This document shows positions 30,626-48,807 of a stretch of 64,000 nt of DNA, piece by piece. Origin of the DNA: Pseudomonas aeruginosa PAO1 (GTDB lineage: Bacteria; Pseudomonadota; Gammaproteobacteria; Pseudomonadales; Pseudomonadaceae); the NCBI RefSeq assembly GCF_000006765.1, contig NC_002516.2; one strand, given 5' to 3'. A program made the position numbers and the translations under genes. Numbering within the stretch: position 1 is the stretch's first letter; the number at the start of each line of letters is the position of its first letter. Under the pieces are notes generated by a model that saw only the letters and a program-made list of their open reading frames with translations, ran no database searches and was not told the DNA's origin.

Positions 30626-31374
30626 CACGTCAGTCCTCCCAGCCACTCGTCGAGGCCGCCGAAGGCTTCGTGGAAGGTGCGGTCCAGCTGCAACGGGGTG
30701 ATCGACACGTAGCCTTGCATGACCGCGTGGAAATCCGTCCCCGGCCCGCCATCCTCGGCATCGCCGGCCGCGGCGATCCAGTAGCCTTCCTTGCCGCGCG
30801 GATTGACCACCTTCACCGGTGCGGCGGCACGGGCGCGGTGCCCGAGGCGGGTCAGTTGGATACCACGTACGCGATCCAGCGGCAGGTTCGGGATATTGAC
30901 GTTGAGCACGGTACGCGGCGGCACGGCCAGGCGCTCGTGGGCGGAGACCAGCAGGCGGGCGAAGTGCATGGCGGTGGGCAGGTTGTCCGTCAACCGCGAG
31001 ACCAGCGAGAAGGCGAAGGCCGGCCCCTTCAGGAAGCGCCCTTCGATGGCCGCCGCCACGGTACCGGAATAGAGGACGTCATCGCCGAGGTTGGCGCCCA
31101 GGTTGATACCCGAGACCACCATGTCCGGCAATTCCTCCAGCAAGCCGTTCAGGCCCAGGTGCACGCAGTCGGTCGGCGTGCCGTTGAGGCTGATGAATCC
31201 GTTGTCCAGGCGCTGCGGGTGCAGCGGGCGGTCCAGCGTCAGGGAACTGCTGGCGCCGCTCTTGTCCTGGTCGGGGGCGATCACTACGCAATCGGCATGA
31301 TCCGCCAGCGCGTCGTAAAGCGCGGCGATACCGGGTGCGGTCACCCCGTCGTCGTTGGCAATCAGTATGCGCAT
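30625..31374 (-). CDS. surE: 5'/3'-nucleotidase SurE
   Basis: [23 protein letters not shown] motifs. Confidence 0.97.
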
Positions 31375-32429
31375 GGGTTTTCCGTCTGCCCTGTCGGTAC
31401 CAGGTCGAGGATTTCACGCACCACTACGGTGGCGAAACAACCGGCCGGCAGGACGAATTCCAGTTGCAGAACATCAGGTTCGGGATAATGCCACGCCAGC
31501 CCCTGGATGGGGAGCCGCAGGATGCGCCGTTCGTGCGCCATGCCCGCCTTCGCCAGCCAGCGGCAGAGCGCCGGCTCGCGCCCGGCCAGGGCCAGCTCGC
31601 GGTCGAGGACGCCGGCGCCGCTCGGCGGATCGCCCTCGCCCCAGAGCGGTCCGGTGGGGTGCAGGTCGAGGGCGGCCAGACGGGCATCGCGGCATTCTTC
31701 CTCGCCAGCGAGGAAAAAGCTGCGGCTGTCGGTGAAGGCCAGCAGGTCACCGACCGCTGCCCGGTTCCAGCTACCCTCCGCGACCCGCTCGGCGAGCAGG
31801 CGATTGAACAGGTAGCTGCGCCCGGCGGAAAGGAAGCGCGAACGCAGGTTGCGGTTCGCCGGCAGCAGGTCCTGTTCCGCGCAACTGCGCGCGTCGACCA
31901 GGTTGCCGCCGCCGTGGCCGAAGCGTTGCAGGCCGAAATAATTGGGCACGCCGTCCGCGGCGATACGTTCCAAGCGCGCGTCGAGAGGGGCACGCTCCGC
32001 CCGCAGCCCGGTCAGACGCAGGGTGAAACCGTTGGCGGCATGCGCGCCTCGCTGCAACTTGCGCGAATGACGGGTGCAGCGAAGAATCCGCAGGTCCGCG
32101 CCCTCGGCTGCACCCAGGTCGGGATCGGCCTTGCCCGGCAGGTGCAGGCTGAACCATTGCCGGGTCAGGGCCTGGCGGTCCTTCAACCCGGCGTAGCTGA
32201 CGTTCTTCTGCTGCACGCCGGCGGCGCGGCCGAGGCGACGGGCCGCCTCCTCGGTGTTCAATCCGCGCTTTTCCACCCACAACCAGAGGTGCTCGCCTTC
32301 ACCGCTGAGGGGAATTTCCAGCACCTCGTCGACCTGGAAGTCCTCGGCCACGGCCTTGAGCACCGCCTCGCCGCAGGCTGCCCCATGGGCGCGCGGCCCG
32401 AGCAGGTCGAGTTCGCCGAGAACGCTCAT
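31362..32429 (-). CDS. truD: tRNA pseudouridine(13) synthase
   Basis: [35 protein letters not shown] motifs. Confidence 0.95.
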
Positions 32430-32899
32430 CGGGCCATCAGCAAAGCGACCGCATGTACAGCAATGCCCTCTTCGCGTCCGGTGAAACCTAGCCGCTCGGT
32501 AGTGGTGGCCTTGACGTTGACCTGGTCGACCGCGACGCCGAGGTCCTCGGCGATCAACCCGCGCATGGTCTCGATGTGCGGCGCCATCTTCGGCGCCTGG
32601 GCGACGATCGTGGCGTCGACGTTGCCGACCTTCCAGCCCTTCTCGGCGACGATGGCGACCACGTGTCGCAGCAGCGCGCGACTGTCGGCGCCCTTGAACC
32701 GCGGGTCGGTGTCCGGGAAGTGCTTGCCGATGTCGCCCAGCGCCGCCGCGCCGAGCAGCGCATCGGACAAGGCGTGCAGCAGCACGTCGCCGTCGGAGTG
32801 GGCGACCAGCCCATGTTTGTGGGGAATGCGCACGCCGCCGAGGGTGATGAAGTCGCCCTCGCCGAAGCGATGCACGTCGTAGCCATGGCCAATTCGCAT
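32426..32899 (-). CDS. ispF: 2-C-methyl-D-erythritol 2,4-cyclodiphosphate synthase
   Basis: [24 protein letters not shown] motifs. Confidence 0.98.
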   Translation of the reverse strand: MRIGHGYDVHRFGEGDFITLGGVRIPHKHGLVAHSDGDVLLHALSDALLGAAALGDIGKHFPDTDPRFKGADSRALLRHVVAIVAEKGWKVGNVDATIVAQAPKMAPHIETMRGLIAEDLGVAVDQVNVKATTTERLGFTGREEGIAVHAVALLMAR

Positions 32900-32900
32900 G

Positions 32901-32929
32901 AAAAAACGCCCTGGTTGGAATCAGGGCGT
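32901..32929 (-). terminator. Terminator after fghA, abutting the ispF start
   Basis: ACGCCCTG-N8-CAGGGCGT followed by T-run, ending 1 nt before the ispF ATG. Confidence 0.7.
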
Positions 32930-32969
32930 GATTCTACCCCGGATCGGGACAGGCTTCAGGTATCGCGGA

Positions 32970-33821
32970 TCAACCGTTGAGAACCCCGGCATGATGGCGC
33001 AGGTGATCCTCGATGAAACTGGCGATGAAGTAGTAGCTGTGGTCGTAACCTGGTTGCAGACGCAGCTCCAGCGGGTGGCCGGCCTTGTCCGCCGCATTGC
33101 GTAGCGCTTCCGGCTTGAGCTGGACGGCGAGGAAGTCGTCGCGCTCGCCCTGGTCGACCAGGATCGGCAAGCGTTCGGACGCACCCTCGAGCAACGCACA
33201 GGCATCCCACTCGCGCCAGGCCGCCGGGTCCTCGCCCAGGTAGCGGGAGAACGCCTTCTGGCCCCAGGGACAATCGCTCGGATGGCAGATCGGCGCGAAG
33301 GCCGACAGCGACAGGTAGCGCCCCGGGTTGCGCAGCGCGCAAACCAGCGCGCCATGCCCACCCATCGAGTGCCCGCTGATGCCGCGCCGCCGGGACACCG
33401 GGAAATGCGCCTCGATCAGCGCCGGCAACTCGTGCACCACGTAGTCGTGCATGCGGTAGTGCGCGGCCCAGGGCTCCTGCGTGGCGTTCAGGTAGAAGCC
33501 TGCGCCCAGGCCGAAGTCCCAGGCGCCGTCGGGATCGCCGGGGACACCGCTGCCGCGCGGGCTGGTATCCGGCGCCACCAGTACCAATCCCAGTTCGGCG
33601 GCGACCCGCTGGGCGCCGGCCTTCTGCATGAAGTTCTCGTCGGTACAGGTCAGCCCGGACAGCCAGTACAGGGCCGGCAGCGCCGCCTCCGGCTCGGCCT
33701 GGGGCGGCAGGTAGATGGCGAAGACCATCTCGCAGTTCAGGGTCCGGGAAAAATGACGGTAACGCTGGTGCCAGCCGCCGAAGGTCTTCTGGCTGCCGAT
33801 CAGTTCGAGGGAATCCTTCAC
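32970..33821 (-). CDS. fghA: S-formylglutathione hydrolase
   Basis: GTG 33821 with GGAGG RBS; LSGLTC, GHSMGG, GYDHSY motifs. Confidence 0.95.
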   Translation of the reverse strand: MKDSLELIGSQKTFGGWHQRYRHFSRTLNCEMVFAIYLPPQAEPEAALPALYWLSGLTCTDENFMQKAGAQRVAAELGLVLVAPDTSPRGSGVPGDPDGAWDFGLGAGFYLNATQEPWAAHYRMHDYVVHELPALIEAHFPVSRRRGISGHSMGGHGALVCALRNPGRYLSLSAFAPICHPSDCPWGQKAFSRYLGEDPAAWREWDACALLEGASERLPILVDQGERDDFLAVQLKPEALRNAADKAGHPLELRLQPGYDHSYYFIASFIEDHLRHHAGVLNG

Positions 33822-33874
33822 GTGACCTCCGTGAAACGGTCGTGGCGAGCCGCAGGGCCCGCCGCGACGGCTTG

Positions 33875-35074
<1,200 letters not shown>

Positions 35075-35078
35075 TCAG

Positions 35079-35100
35079 GCAATAATCAAAACATTATTGC
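35079..35100. promoter_or_regulatory. Palindromic operator candidate between adhC and LysR gene
   Basis: GCAATAAT-N6-ATTATTGC; extra AATAATCA copy 11 bp upstream. Confidence 0.65.
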
Positions 35101-35118
35101 CATACAGGGACAATCCAG

Positions 35119-36027
35119 ATGAATCGCTGGGAAGGACTCGACGAATTCGTCGCTGTCGCCGAAACCGGGCAGTTCACCGCGGCAGCCGAACGCATGGGCG
35201 TTTCCTCGTCGCACATCAGCCGCCAGGTCGCCCGCCTGGAAGAGCGCCTGCAGACCCGCCTGCTCTACCGCAGCACCCGGCGAGTATCGCTGAGCGAAGC
35301 CGGACAGACCTTCCTGCAACATTGCCAGCGCCTGCAGGACGCCCGCGACGAAGCCCTGCGCGCGGTCAGCGACCTCTCCGCGGAGCCCAAGGGCCTGCTG
35401 CGCATGACCTGCGCGGTAGCCTACGGCGAACGTTTCATCGTGCCGCTGGTGAATGCCTTCATGGCCGACTATCCGCAACTGCGGGTCGACATCGAGCTGT
35501 CCAACCGCCAGTTGGACCTGCTCCACGAGGGCTTCGACCTGGCCATCCGCCTCGGCCGCCTGAGCGATTCGCGATTGGTCGCCACACGGTTGGCACCACG
35601 CGTCATGTACCTCTGCGCCACCCCGGAATACCTGCGCCGCCACGGCACTCCGCAGTCGCCGGCGGAACTCGGCCAGTTCAACTGCCTGATCGGCAGCAGC
35701 GACCTGTGGAGCTTCCTCGAGGACGGCCGGGAAACCCAGCACCGGGTCCAGGGCAACTGGCGCTGCAACAGCGGCCAGGCGGTGCTCGACGCCGCCCTGC
35801 GCGGCTTCGGCCTGTGCCAGCTGCCCGACTACTATGTGATCGAGCATCTGCGCAGCGGCCGCCTGGCCTCCCTGCTGGAAGGCCACCAGCCGCCGAATAC
35901 CGCGGTATGGGCGCTGTACCCGCAGCAGCGGCACCTGTCGCCGAAAGTCAGGCAACTGGTGGACTATCTCAAGGAAGGCCTGGCGCAATCCCATCCGGGA
36001 CTCGCCGGGGAGAAAAACCTGCGCTGA
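35119..36027 (+). CDS. LysR-family regulator divergent from adhC-fghA (GfnR-like)
   Basis: N-terminal LysR HTH FVAVAETGQFTAAAE...LLYRSTR. Confidence 0.9.
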   Translation: MNRWEGLDEFVAVAETGQFTAAAERMGVSSSHISRQVARLEERLQTRLLYRSTRRVSLSEAGQTFLQHCQRLQDARDEALRAVSDLSAEPKGLLRMTCAVAYGERFIVPLVNAFMADYPQLRVDIELSNRQLDLLHEGFDLAIRLGRLSDSRLVATRLAPRVMYLCATPEYLRRHGTPQSPAELGQFNCLIGSSDLWSFLEDGRETQHRVQGNWRCNSGQAVLDAALRGFGLCQLPDYYVIEHLRSGRLASLLEGHQPPNTAVWALYPQQRHLSPKVRQLVDYLKEGLAQSHPGLAGEKNLR

Positions 36028-36102
36028 AGCAGTAAGGCGATTCACCGCTGCGATAGACTTGGCGGTTTCCCGTTCCACCCGCTATCGATTCAAGGAAGTC
36101 GC

Positions 36103-37329
36103 ATGTCTGCCTTCAATGCGTTTCGCCAACGCTACCTGGTGAGGTTCTGGTCGCCGCTGCCGGCGCTGGTCGCCCTCGGCGTCGCCTCCGCCTACTACTT
36201 CGCGCTCACCGGCACCTTCTGGGCGGTGACCGGCGAATTCACCCGCTGGGGCGGCCACGTGCTGTCCTGGTTCGGCTACCAGCCACAGGACTGGAGCTAC
36301 TTCAGGCTGATCGGCCTTCAAGGCACGCCGCTGGACCGGATCGACGGAGTGATGATCATCGGCATGTTCCTCGGCGCCCTGTGCTGCGCCCTCTGGGCCG
36401 GCAACGTCAGCCTGCGCTGGCCGACCAGCAAACGTCGCCTGCTGCAGGGCCTGGTCGGCGGTATCGTCGCCGGCTTCGGCGCGCGCCTGGCGATGGGCTG
36501 CAACCTGGCGGCGTTCTTCACCGGTATCCCGATGTTTTCCCTGCACGCCTGGGCCTTCATGTTCGCCACCGTCGGCGGCGCCTGGATCGGCGTGAAGATC
36601 AGCCTGCTGCCGTTCCTGCGCACACCGCTGAAAGTCGGCGCCACGGCCAGCGCCCTGCCCAGCGCCGAAAGCCTGGCCCGACGCGCACGCCTGCAGGCCC
36701 GCCTGGGCCTGGCGGTGCTGGCGCTCGCCGCGCTGTTCGCCGCCTGGCGCTTCGAGGTATCGCTGGTGCTGGGCATGGCCTGCCTGTTCGGCCTGCTGTT
36801 CGGCGGCCTGATCGAGCGCGCGCAGATCTGCTTCACCAGCGCCGCACGGGACCTCTGGACCACCGGCCGGACCCGCGCCGCCTTCGGCATCCTGCTCGGC
36901 ATGGCGGCCGCCTGCATCGGTACCTTCGCCGCGATCCGCCTGGGCGTCGCGCCGAAGATCTTCTGGATGGGCCCGAATGCGATCATCGGCGGCATTCTCT
37001 TCGGCATCGGCATCGTCCTCGCCGGCGGTTGCGAGACCGGCTGGATGTACCGCTCGATGGAGGGCCAGGTGCACTTCTGGGTGGTCGGCATCGGCAACGT
37101 CATCGGCGGAACCCTGGTGGCGATCTTTTGGGACCAGTTGGGCACCCGCCTCGCCCTGCCCTATCCCAAGCTCAACCTGCTGGAAAGCTTCGGGCCCGGC
37201 AACGGCCTGCTATTGACCTTCGCCGGCCTGGCCCTGTGCCTGCTGCTGGTGCAACTGAACGCCTCCCGATTCACCCGACCGCGGAAACCGAACCATGAGC
37301 CAGACCGACAAACCGACCCTGTCGCTTGA
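36103..37329 (+). CDS. yedE: YeeE/YedE sulfur-compound transporter
   Basis: Three Cys motifs GCNLAAF, QICFTSA, GGCETGW; multi-TM. Confidence 0.85.
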   Translation: MSAFNAFRQRYLVRFWSPLPALVALGVASAYYFALTGTFWAVTGEFTRWGGHVLSWFGYQPQDWSYFRLIGLQGTPLDRIDGVMIIGMFLGALCCALWAGNVSLRWPTSKRRLLQGLVGGIVAGFGARLAMGCNLAAFFTGIPMFSLHAWAFMFATVGGAWIGVKISLLPFLRTPLKVGATASALPSAESLARRARLQARLGLAVLALAALFAAWRFEVSLVLGMACLFGLLFGGLIERAQICFTSAARDLWTTGRTRAAFGILLGMAAACIGTFAAIRLGVAPKIFWMGPNAIIGGILFGIGIVLAGGCETGWMYRSMEGQVHFWVVGIGNVIGGTLVAIFWDQLGTRLALPYPKLNLLESFGPGNGLLLTFAGLALCLLLVQLNASRFTRPRKPNHEPDRQTDPVA

Positions 37330-37543
37330 CCTGCGCGGCGAACATTGCCCGTACAACGCCATCGCCACCCTGGAAACCCTGGCGACCATGCAGCCGGGCG
37401 AACGCCTGGAAGTGGTCACCGACTGCTCGCAATCGGTCCACGGGATTCCCGAAGATACCCAGCGCCAGGGCTACAAATGCCTGGCGGTGGAGCAGCATGG
37501 CGCGCTGTTCCGCTTCCTCATAGAGGTGCCGCTGGAAAGCTGA
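37295..37543 (+). CDS. yedF: TusA-like sulfur carrier YedF
   Basis: LDLRGEHCPY...GERLEVVTDC; 82 aa. Confidence 0.85.
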   Translation: MSQTDKPTLSLDLRGEHCPYNAIATLETLATMQPGERLEVVTDCSQSVHGIPEDTQRQGYKCLAVEQHGALFRFLIEVPLES

Positions 37544-37561
37544 ACGAGCGAGCCTGCAACG

Positions 37562-37595
37562 ACAAGAAAGCCGACCCGAGGGTCGGCTTTCTTGT
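37562..37595. terminator. Bidirectional terminator
   Basis: ACAAGAAAGCCGACC-CGAG-GGTCGGCTTTCTTGT, 15-bp perfect arms between convergent yedF and ispD. Confidence 0.85.
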
Positions 37596-37603
37596 GCCAG
37601 GGT

Positions 37604-38308
37604 TCAGTGCGGAAAACTGCGCTGCAGGCGCAGCAGGTCTTCCGGGGTGGTGATCTTCAGGTTGTCGGCGCGCCCTTCCACCAGCTTCGGCGCATAGCCG
37701 GCCCACTCCATCGCCGAAGCCTCGTCGGTGATCGCCACGCCGGCCACCAACGCATCGGCCAGCGCCCGGTGCAGGGCGCCGAGGCGGAACATCTGCGGCG
37801 TATAGGCCAGCCAGACCACCGAGCGGTCGATGGTTTCGCTGACCCGGCCGTCGCGGTCGGAGCGCTTGAGAGTGTCCCTCGCCGGCACCGCCAGCAGCCC
37901 GCCGACCGGATCTTCGGCGAGTTCTTCGAGCAGGCGGTCGAGGTCGCCGCGGGTCAGGTTCGGCCGCGCGGCGTCATGCACCAGCACCCAGTCGTCGGCC
38001 TGTGCCCCCAACTCCAGCAGGCGCAGCAAGCCGTTCAACACCGAGCCGGCGCGCTCGGCGCCCCCGGCGGCGCGCTGCACATGCCGGCTGGCGGCGCAGT
38101 CCAGCCCGGGCCAGTAGGGATCGTCCTCGGCCAGGCAGACCACCAGGCCCCTGAGCATCGGGTGTTCGAGGAAACAATCGAGGGTACGCTCGATCACGGT
38201 GCGACCGGCAAGATCGAGATATTGCTTCGGGCGGTCGGCGCGCATGCGCGAACCCACGCCGGCGGCGGGGATCACCGTCCAGAAGGCGGGAAGGTCGGAA
38301 GTCGTCAT
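37604..38308 (-). CDS. ispD: 2-C-methyl-D-erythritol 4-phosphate cytidylyltransferase
   Basis: IPAAGVGSRM...PKQY, VHDAARP, TPQMF, NLKITTPED motifs. Confidence 0.97.
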   Translation of the reverse strand: MTTSDLPAFWTVIPAAGVGSRMRADRPKQYLDLAGRTVIERTLDCFLEHPMLRGLVVCLAEDDPYWPGLDCAASRHVQRAAGGAERAGSVLNGLLRLLELGAQADDWVLVHDAARPNLTRGDLDRLLEELAEDPVGGLLAVPARDTLKRSDRDGRVSETIDRSVVWLAYTPQMFRLGALHRALADALVAGVAITDEASAMEWAGYAPKLVEGRADNLKITTPEDLLRLQRSFPH

Positions 38309-38327
38309 CGGGAGAAGGGTCGTCAGC

Positions 38328-38612
38328 TCACTTGGCGAGCTGGTAGAGGGTTTCGCCGTCCTTGACCATGCCGAGCTCGTGCCGCGCACGCTCCTCGACG
38401 GTCTCGGTGCCTTTCTTCAGCTCGGCGACTTCGGCTTCGAGAATCCGGTTGCGCTCCAGCAGGCGCTCGTTCTCGCCATGCTGGTCGGCGATCTGCTTCT
38501 GCAGGTCGCGCACCTGCGCCAGGCTGCCATCGCCGACCCACAGGCGATATTGCAGGCCCGCCAGCGCCAGGATCAGCACCACGAACAGCCAGTAGGGGCT
38601 ACGTAACCTCAA
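38328..38612 (-). CDS. ftsB: Cell division protein FtsB
   Basis: TTG start with AAGGAG RBS; LQYRLWVGDGS, VEERARHELGMVK motifs. Confidence 0.95.
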   Translation of the reverse strand: MRLRSPYWLFVVLILALAGLQYRLWVGDGSLAQVRDLQKQIADQHGENERLLERNRILEAEVAELKKGTETVEERARHELGMVKDGETLYQLAK

Positions 38613-38631
38613 GCCTCGAACTCCTTGAGAA

Positions 38632-38658
38632 GAAAAGGGGTGGCTCTTGCCACCCCTT
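38632..38658 (-). terminator. Terminator between eno and ftsB
   Basis: AAGGGGTGGC-AAGA-GCCACCCCTT followed by TTCTTCT on minus strand. Confidence 0.7.
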
Positions 38659-38676
38659 CACCGTACCAGACTAGGC

Positions 38677-42503
<3,827 letters not shown>

Positions 42504-42638
42504 TCAGCGTTTAGGCGGGATCAACCGCCGGGGATTCGGAGAAGGGAGGCCAGCTCCCGCCACGGACAAATCCGTGGGCAAAGCAAACTCCTGCTGATTC
42601 CGGAGGGAATCGGCGGGAGCAGTACAAGACGGGAGCGT

Positions 42639-42667
42639 AGTCTACTGGAAACGGCTTACTAGCTCAA
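42639..42667 (-). promoter_or_regulatory. sigma70 promoter of pyrG-kdsA-eno
   Basis: TTGAGC-N17-TAGACT; -35 lies in the last codons of tilS. Confidence 0.75.
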
Positions 42668-43987
42668 ACCCGGGTCGTTCGTCGGCGGGCTCCAGGACAG
42701 TCGCCAGCCCCCCTCGCGGGGACTGTCCAGGCCAGGAATGTTGGCCACCGCGAGCAGTTCGTCGGCTCGGAAGAGCAGCGGCAAACGACCGCGCAGGAAG
42801 CTCGGTACGCCCGCTTCGTTGAGCAATCGCTTGAGGTCGCGGCGACCGCGCCCGGCCAGGGCCAGCACCTCCCCACCCCGCCGGTAGTCGACGCGCAACG
42901 GTCCCGCCGGAACCTCGCCGAGCAACGCCAGCCGACCATTGCCGGGAAGAAGCAATGGATGAGCGGGACGCTCCCAGACGAACGGTCCCGCCGCCGCCCG
43001 CCAGTCCGCCGGCAACCACCAGATCCGCCCCGCGCCGCGACGCAGCTCGCCGCTCTCCAGGCGCCAGATCGGGTCGGCATCGTCGCCGGCGTCGCGCAAC
43101 GACTCCCAACCGGCCCAGTGGTCACTGTCCGGCAACCGCGTCAGCTGTCCCAGCCAGGCCCGCAGCAGGTTGCGCTGGCGCGCAGCGCTGAGGCGGCGCA
43201 GAGGCTCCAGGGCGATCCGGGGCAGATCCAGCCAGTCCGGCCAATCCAGTTCCGAGGGTTGGCGGCAGGCCCGGAGGTCGATGGCGGCCAGTTCAGCCAG
43301 CAGGTCTTCGGCCTCGCGCAGATGCGCCGCGCAGCGCGCCATGCCGGCGACGGCCTGCGGCCAGTGGGAGGCGAGACGCGGCATGATCTCCCGGCGCAGG
43401 TAGTTGCGCGAGAAGCGCGGATCCTGGTTGGAAGGATCCTCCACCCAGTCCAGCCGGTGCGCCTGCGCATAGGCTTCCAGTTCGGCGCGGGAAACCCCGA
43501 GCAAGGGTCGGCACAGGCGGCCACCGCCCAGCGGCCGGCTCGCCGGCATCGCCGCCAGGCCGCGCAGGCCCGCTCCACGCAACAGGCGGAACAGCAAGGT
43601 CTCGGCCTGGTCGTCGAGGTGCTGCGCGGTGAGCAGCACCTGTCCCTCGCCCAGGTTCGCCTGGAATGCGCGATAGCGGGCGTCGCGCGCCGCCTGCTCG
43701 ATGCTGCCGCCAACGGCGACCTGCACCCGCTCGACCCGCAGCGGGATACCCAGCGACCGGCAGACCGCCTGGCAGTGCGCCGGCCAACCGTCCGCCGCAG
43801 CCTGCAAGCCATGGTGGACATGCAGCGCCGACAGCGCCGGCAAGGCTTCGCTCCGGGCCAGTTGGGCGAGCAGATGCAGCAACACCGTGGAATCCAGCCC
43901 GCCGGAAAACGCCACGCACCAGCCCCCCGCTTCGCGCCAGGGCGCCAGGGCCTGTAACAGACGGGATTCGAGCGGCACCGCCGGCAT
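42659..43987 (-). CDS. tilS: tRNA(Ile)-lysidine synthetase
   Basis: GAGGAG RBS before ATG 43987; SGGLDS, HLDDQAET, EDPSN motifs. Confidence 0.95.
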   Translation of the reverse strand: MPAVPLESRLLQALAPWREAGGWCVAFSGGLDSTVLLHLLAQLARSEALPALSALHVHHGLQAAADGWPAHCQAVCRSLGIPLRVERVQVAVGGSIEQAARDARYRAFQANLGEGQVLLTAQHLDDQAETLLFRLLRGAGLRGLAAMPASRPLGGGRLCRPLLGVSRAELEAYAQAHRLDWVEDPSNQDPRFSRNYLRREIMPRLASHWPQAVAGMARCAAHLREAEDLLAELAAIDLRACRQPSELDWPDWLDLPRIALEPLRRLSAARQRNLLRAWLGQLTRLPDSDHWAGWESLRDAGDDADPIWRLESGELRRGAGRIWWLPADWRAAAGPFVWERPAHPLLLPGNGRLALLGEVPAGPLRVDYRRGGEVLALAGRGRRDLKRLLNEAGVPSFLRGRLPLLFRADELLAVANIPGLDSPREGGWRLSWSPPTNDPGLS

Positions 43988-44003
43988 TCTTGCGCTCCTC
44001 ATG

Positions 44004-44033
44004 CGACAAGCCCGGCGAATGCCGGGCTTGTCG
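44004..44033. other. Perfect 13-bp hairpin between accA and tilS
   Basis: CGACAAGCCCGGC-GAAT-GCCGGGCTTGTCG; no U-tract. Confidence 0.6.
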
Positions 44034-44056
44034 ATCGTACCAGTGCGCCGGATGGC

Positions 44057-45007
44057 TTACGGCGCGCCGTAGCTCATCAGGCGGTCGTAACGACGCTCCA
44101 GCAACTCACCCATTTCCAGGCCCTGGAGCATCTTCAGTTGCGCCAGCAGTTCGCCACGGATCGATTCGGCCATGCTCGCCGGATCGCGATGGGCGCCGCC
44201 CAGCGGTTCGTCGATGACCTTGTCGACGATGCCCAGGCCTTTCAGGCGCTCGGCGGTGATGCCCATGGCCTCGGCGGCTTCCGGCGCCTTCTCGGCGGTC
44301 TTCCAGAGGATGGAGGCGCAGCCTTCCGGCGAGATCACCGAATAGGTGGAGTATTGCAGCATGTTCAACTGGTCGCAGACACCGATGGCCAGCGCGCCGC
44401 CGGAACCGCCCTCGCCGATCACGGTGGCGATGATCGGCGTCTTCAGTCGCGCCATCACCCGCAGGTTCCAGGCGATCGCCTCGCTCTGGCCGCGTTCCTC
44501 GGCATCGATCCCCGGGTAGGCGCCGGGCGTGTCGATGAAGGTGAGGATCGGCATCTTGAAGCGTTCGGCCATTTCCATCAGGCGGCAGGCCTTGCGATAG
44601 CCTTCCGGACGCGGCATGCCGAAGTTGCGCCGGACCTTCTCACGGACTTCGCGGCCCTTCTGGTGGCCGATGACCATCACCGGGGAACCGTCGAGGCGGG
44701 CAACGCCGCCGACGATCGCCGGGTCGTCGGCGAAATGCCGGTCGCCGTGCAGTTCCTCGAAATCGCTGAACAGGTAGCCGATGTAGTCGAGGGTATAGGG
44801 ACGCTTGGGATGGCGCGCGAGCTGGGCGATCTGCCAACTGGACAGATTGCCGAAGATGTTTTCGGTGAGCGCCTTGCTCTTGTCCTGCAGACGCGAGATT
44901 TCGTCGCTGATGTTCAGCGCATTGTCGTTGCCCACCAGGCGCAGCTCTTCGATCTTGGCTTGCAGGTCGGCGATCGGCTGTTCGAAATCAAGAAAGTTCG
45001 GGTTCAT
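44057..45007 (-). CDS. accA: Acetyl-CoA carboxylase carboxyltransferase alpha
   Basis: [26 protein letters not shown] motifs. Confidence 0.99.
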   Translation of the reverse strand: MNPNFLDFEQPIADLQAKIEELRLVGNDNALNISDEISRLQDKSKALTENIFGNLSSWQIAQLARHPKRPYTLDYIGYLFSDFEELHGDRHFADDPAIVGGVARLDGSPVMVIGHQKGREVREKVRRNFGMPRPEGYRKACRLMEMAERFKMPILTFIDTPGAYPGIDAEERGQSEAIAWNLRVMARLKTPIIATVIGEGGSGGALAIGVCDQLNMLQYSTYSVISPEGCASILWKTAEKAPEAAEAMGITAERLKGLGIVDKVIDEPLGGAHRDPASMAESIRGELLAQLKMLQGLEMGELLERRYDRLMSYGAP

Positions 45008-45156
45008 AGGCTTCCGTCGTGCGCAGATTCTAGTGGGCCGTTTCCGTTTGGCGCCCTACCTTACGGGATCGGGCGCCAGGGGTCGAGCCGGGAGCAAGGG
45101 CGATCCGCGTTTTCCCGCCGCAGAGCGCGGAACAACGGCGTTATCGCCCATCGCGA

Positions 45157-48678
<3,522 letters not shown>

Positions 48679-48807
48679 GAAGGCCCCGGAGCAGAAATAA
48701 CGCAAAAACGACAAGGCCCGGATTGTACCGGGCCCGGTGGCAAAGCTACAGGTTCAAGAGCGGACGATGCGCCTCGGCTGCGCCGAGAAGCCTCGCCCGC
48801 CCCGCGC

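Noticed and set aside
45135-45150. GGCGTTATCGCCC, a half REP-like motif between dnaE and accA
   Set aside because: No partner arm or GTAG foot; too short to support.
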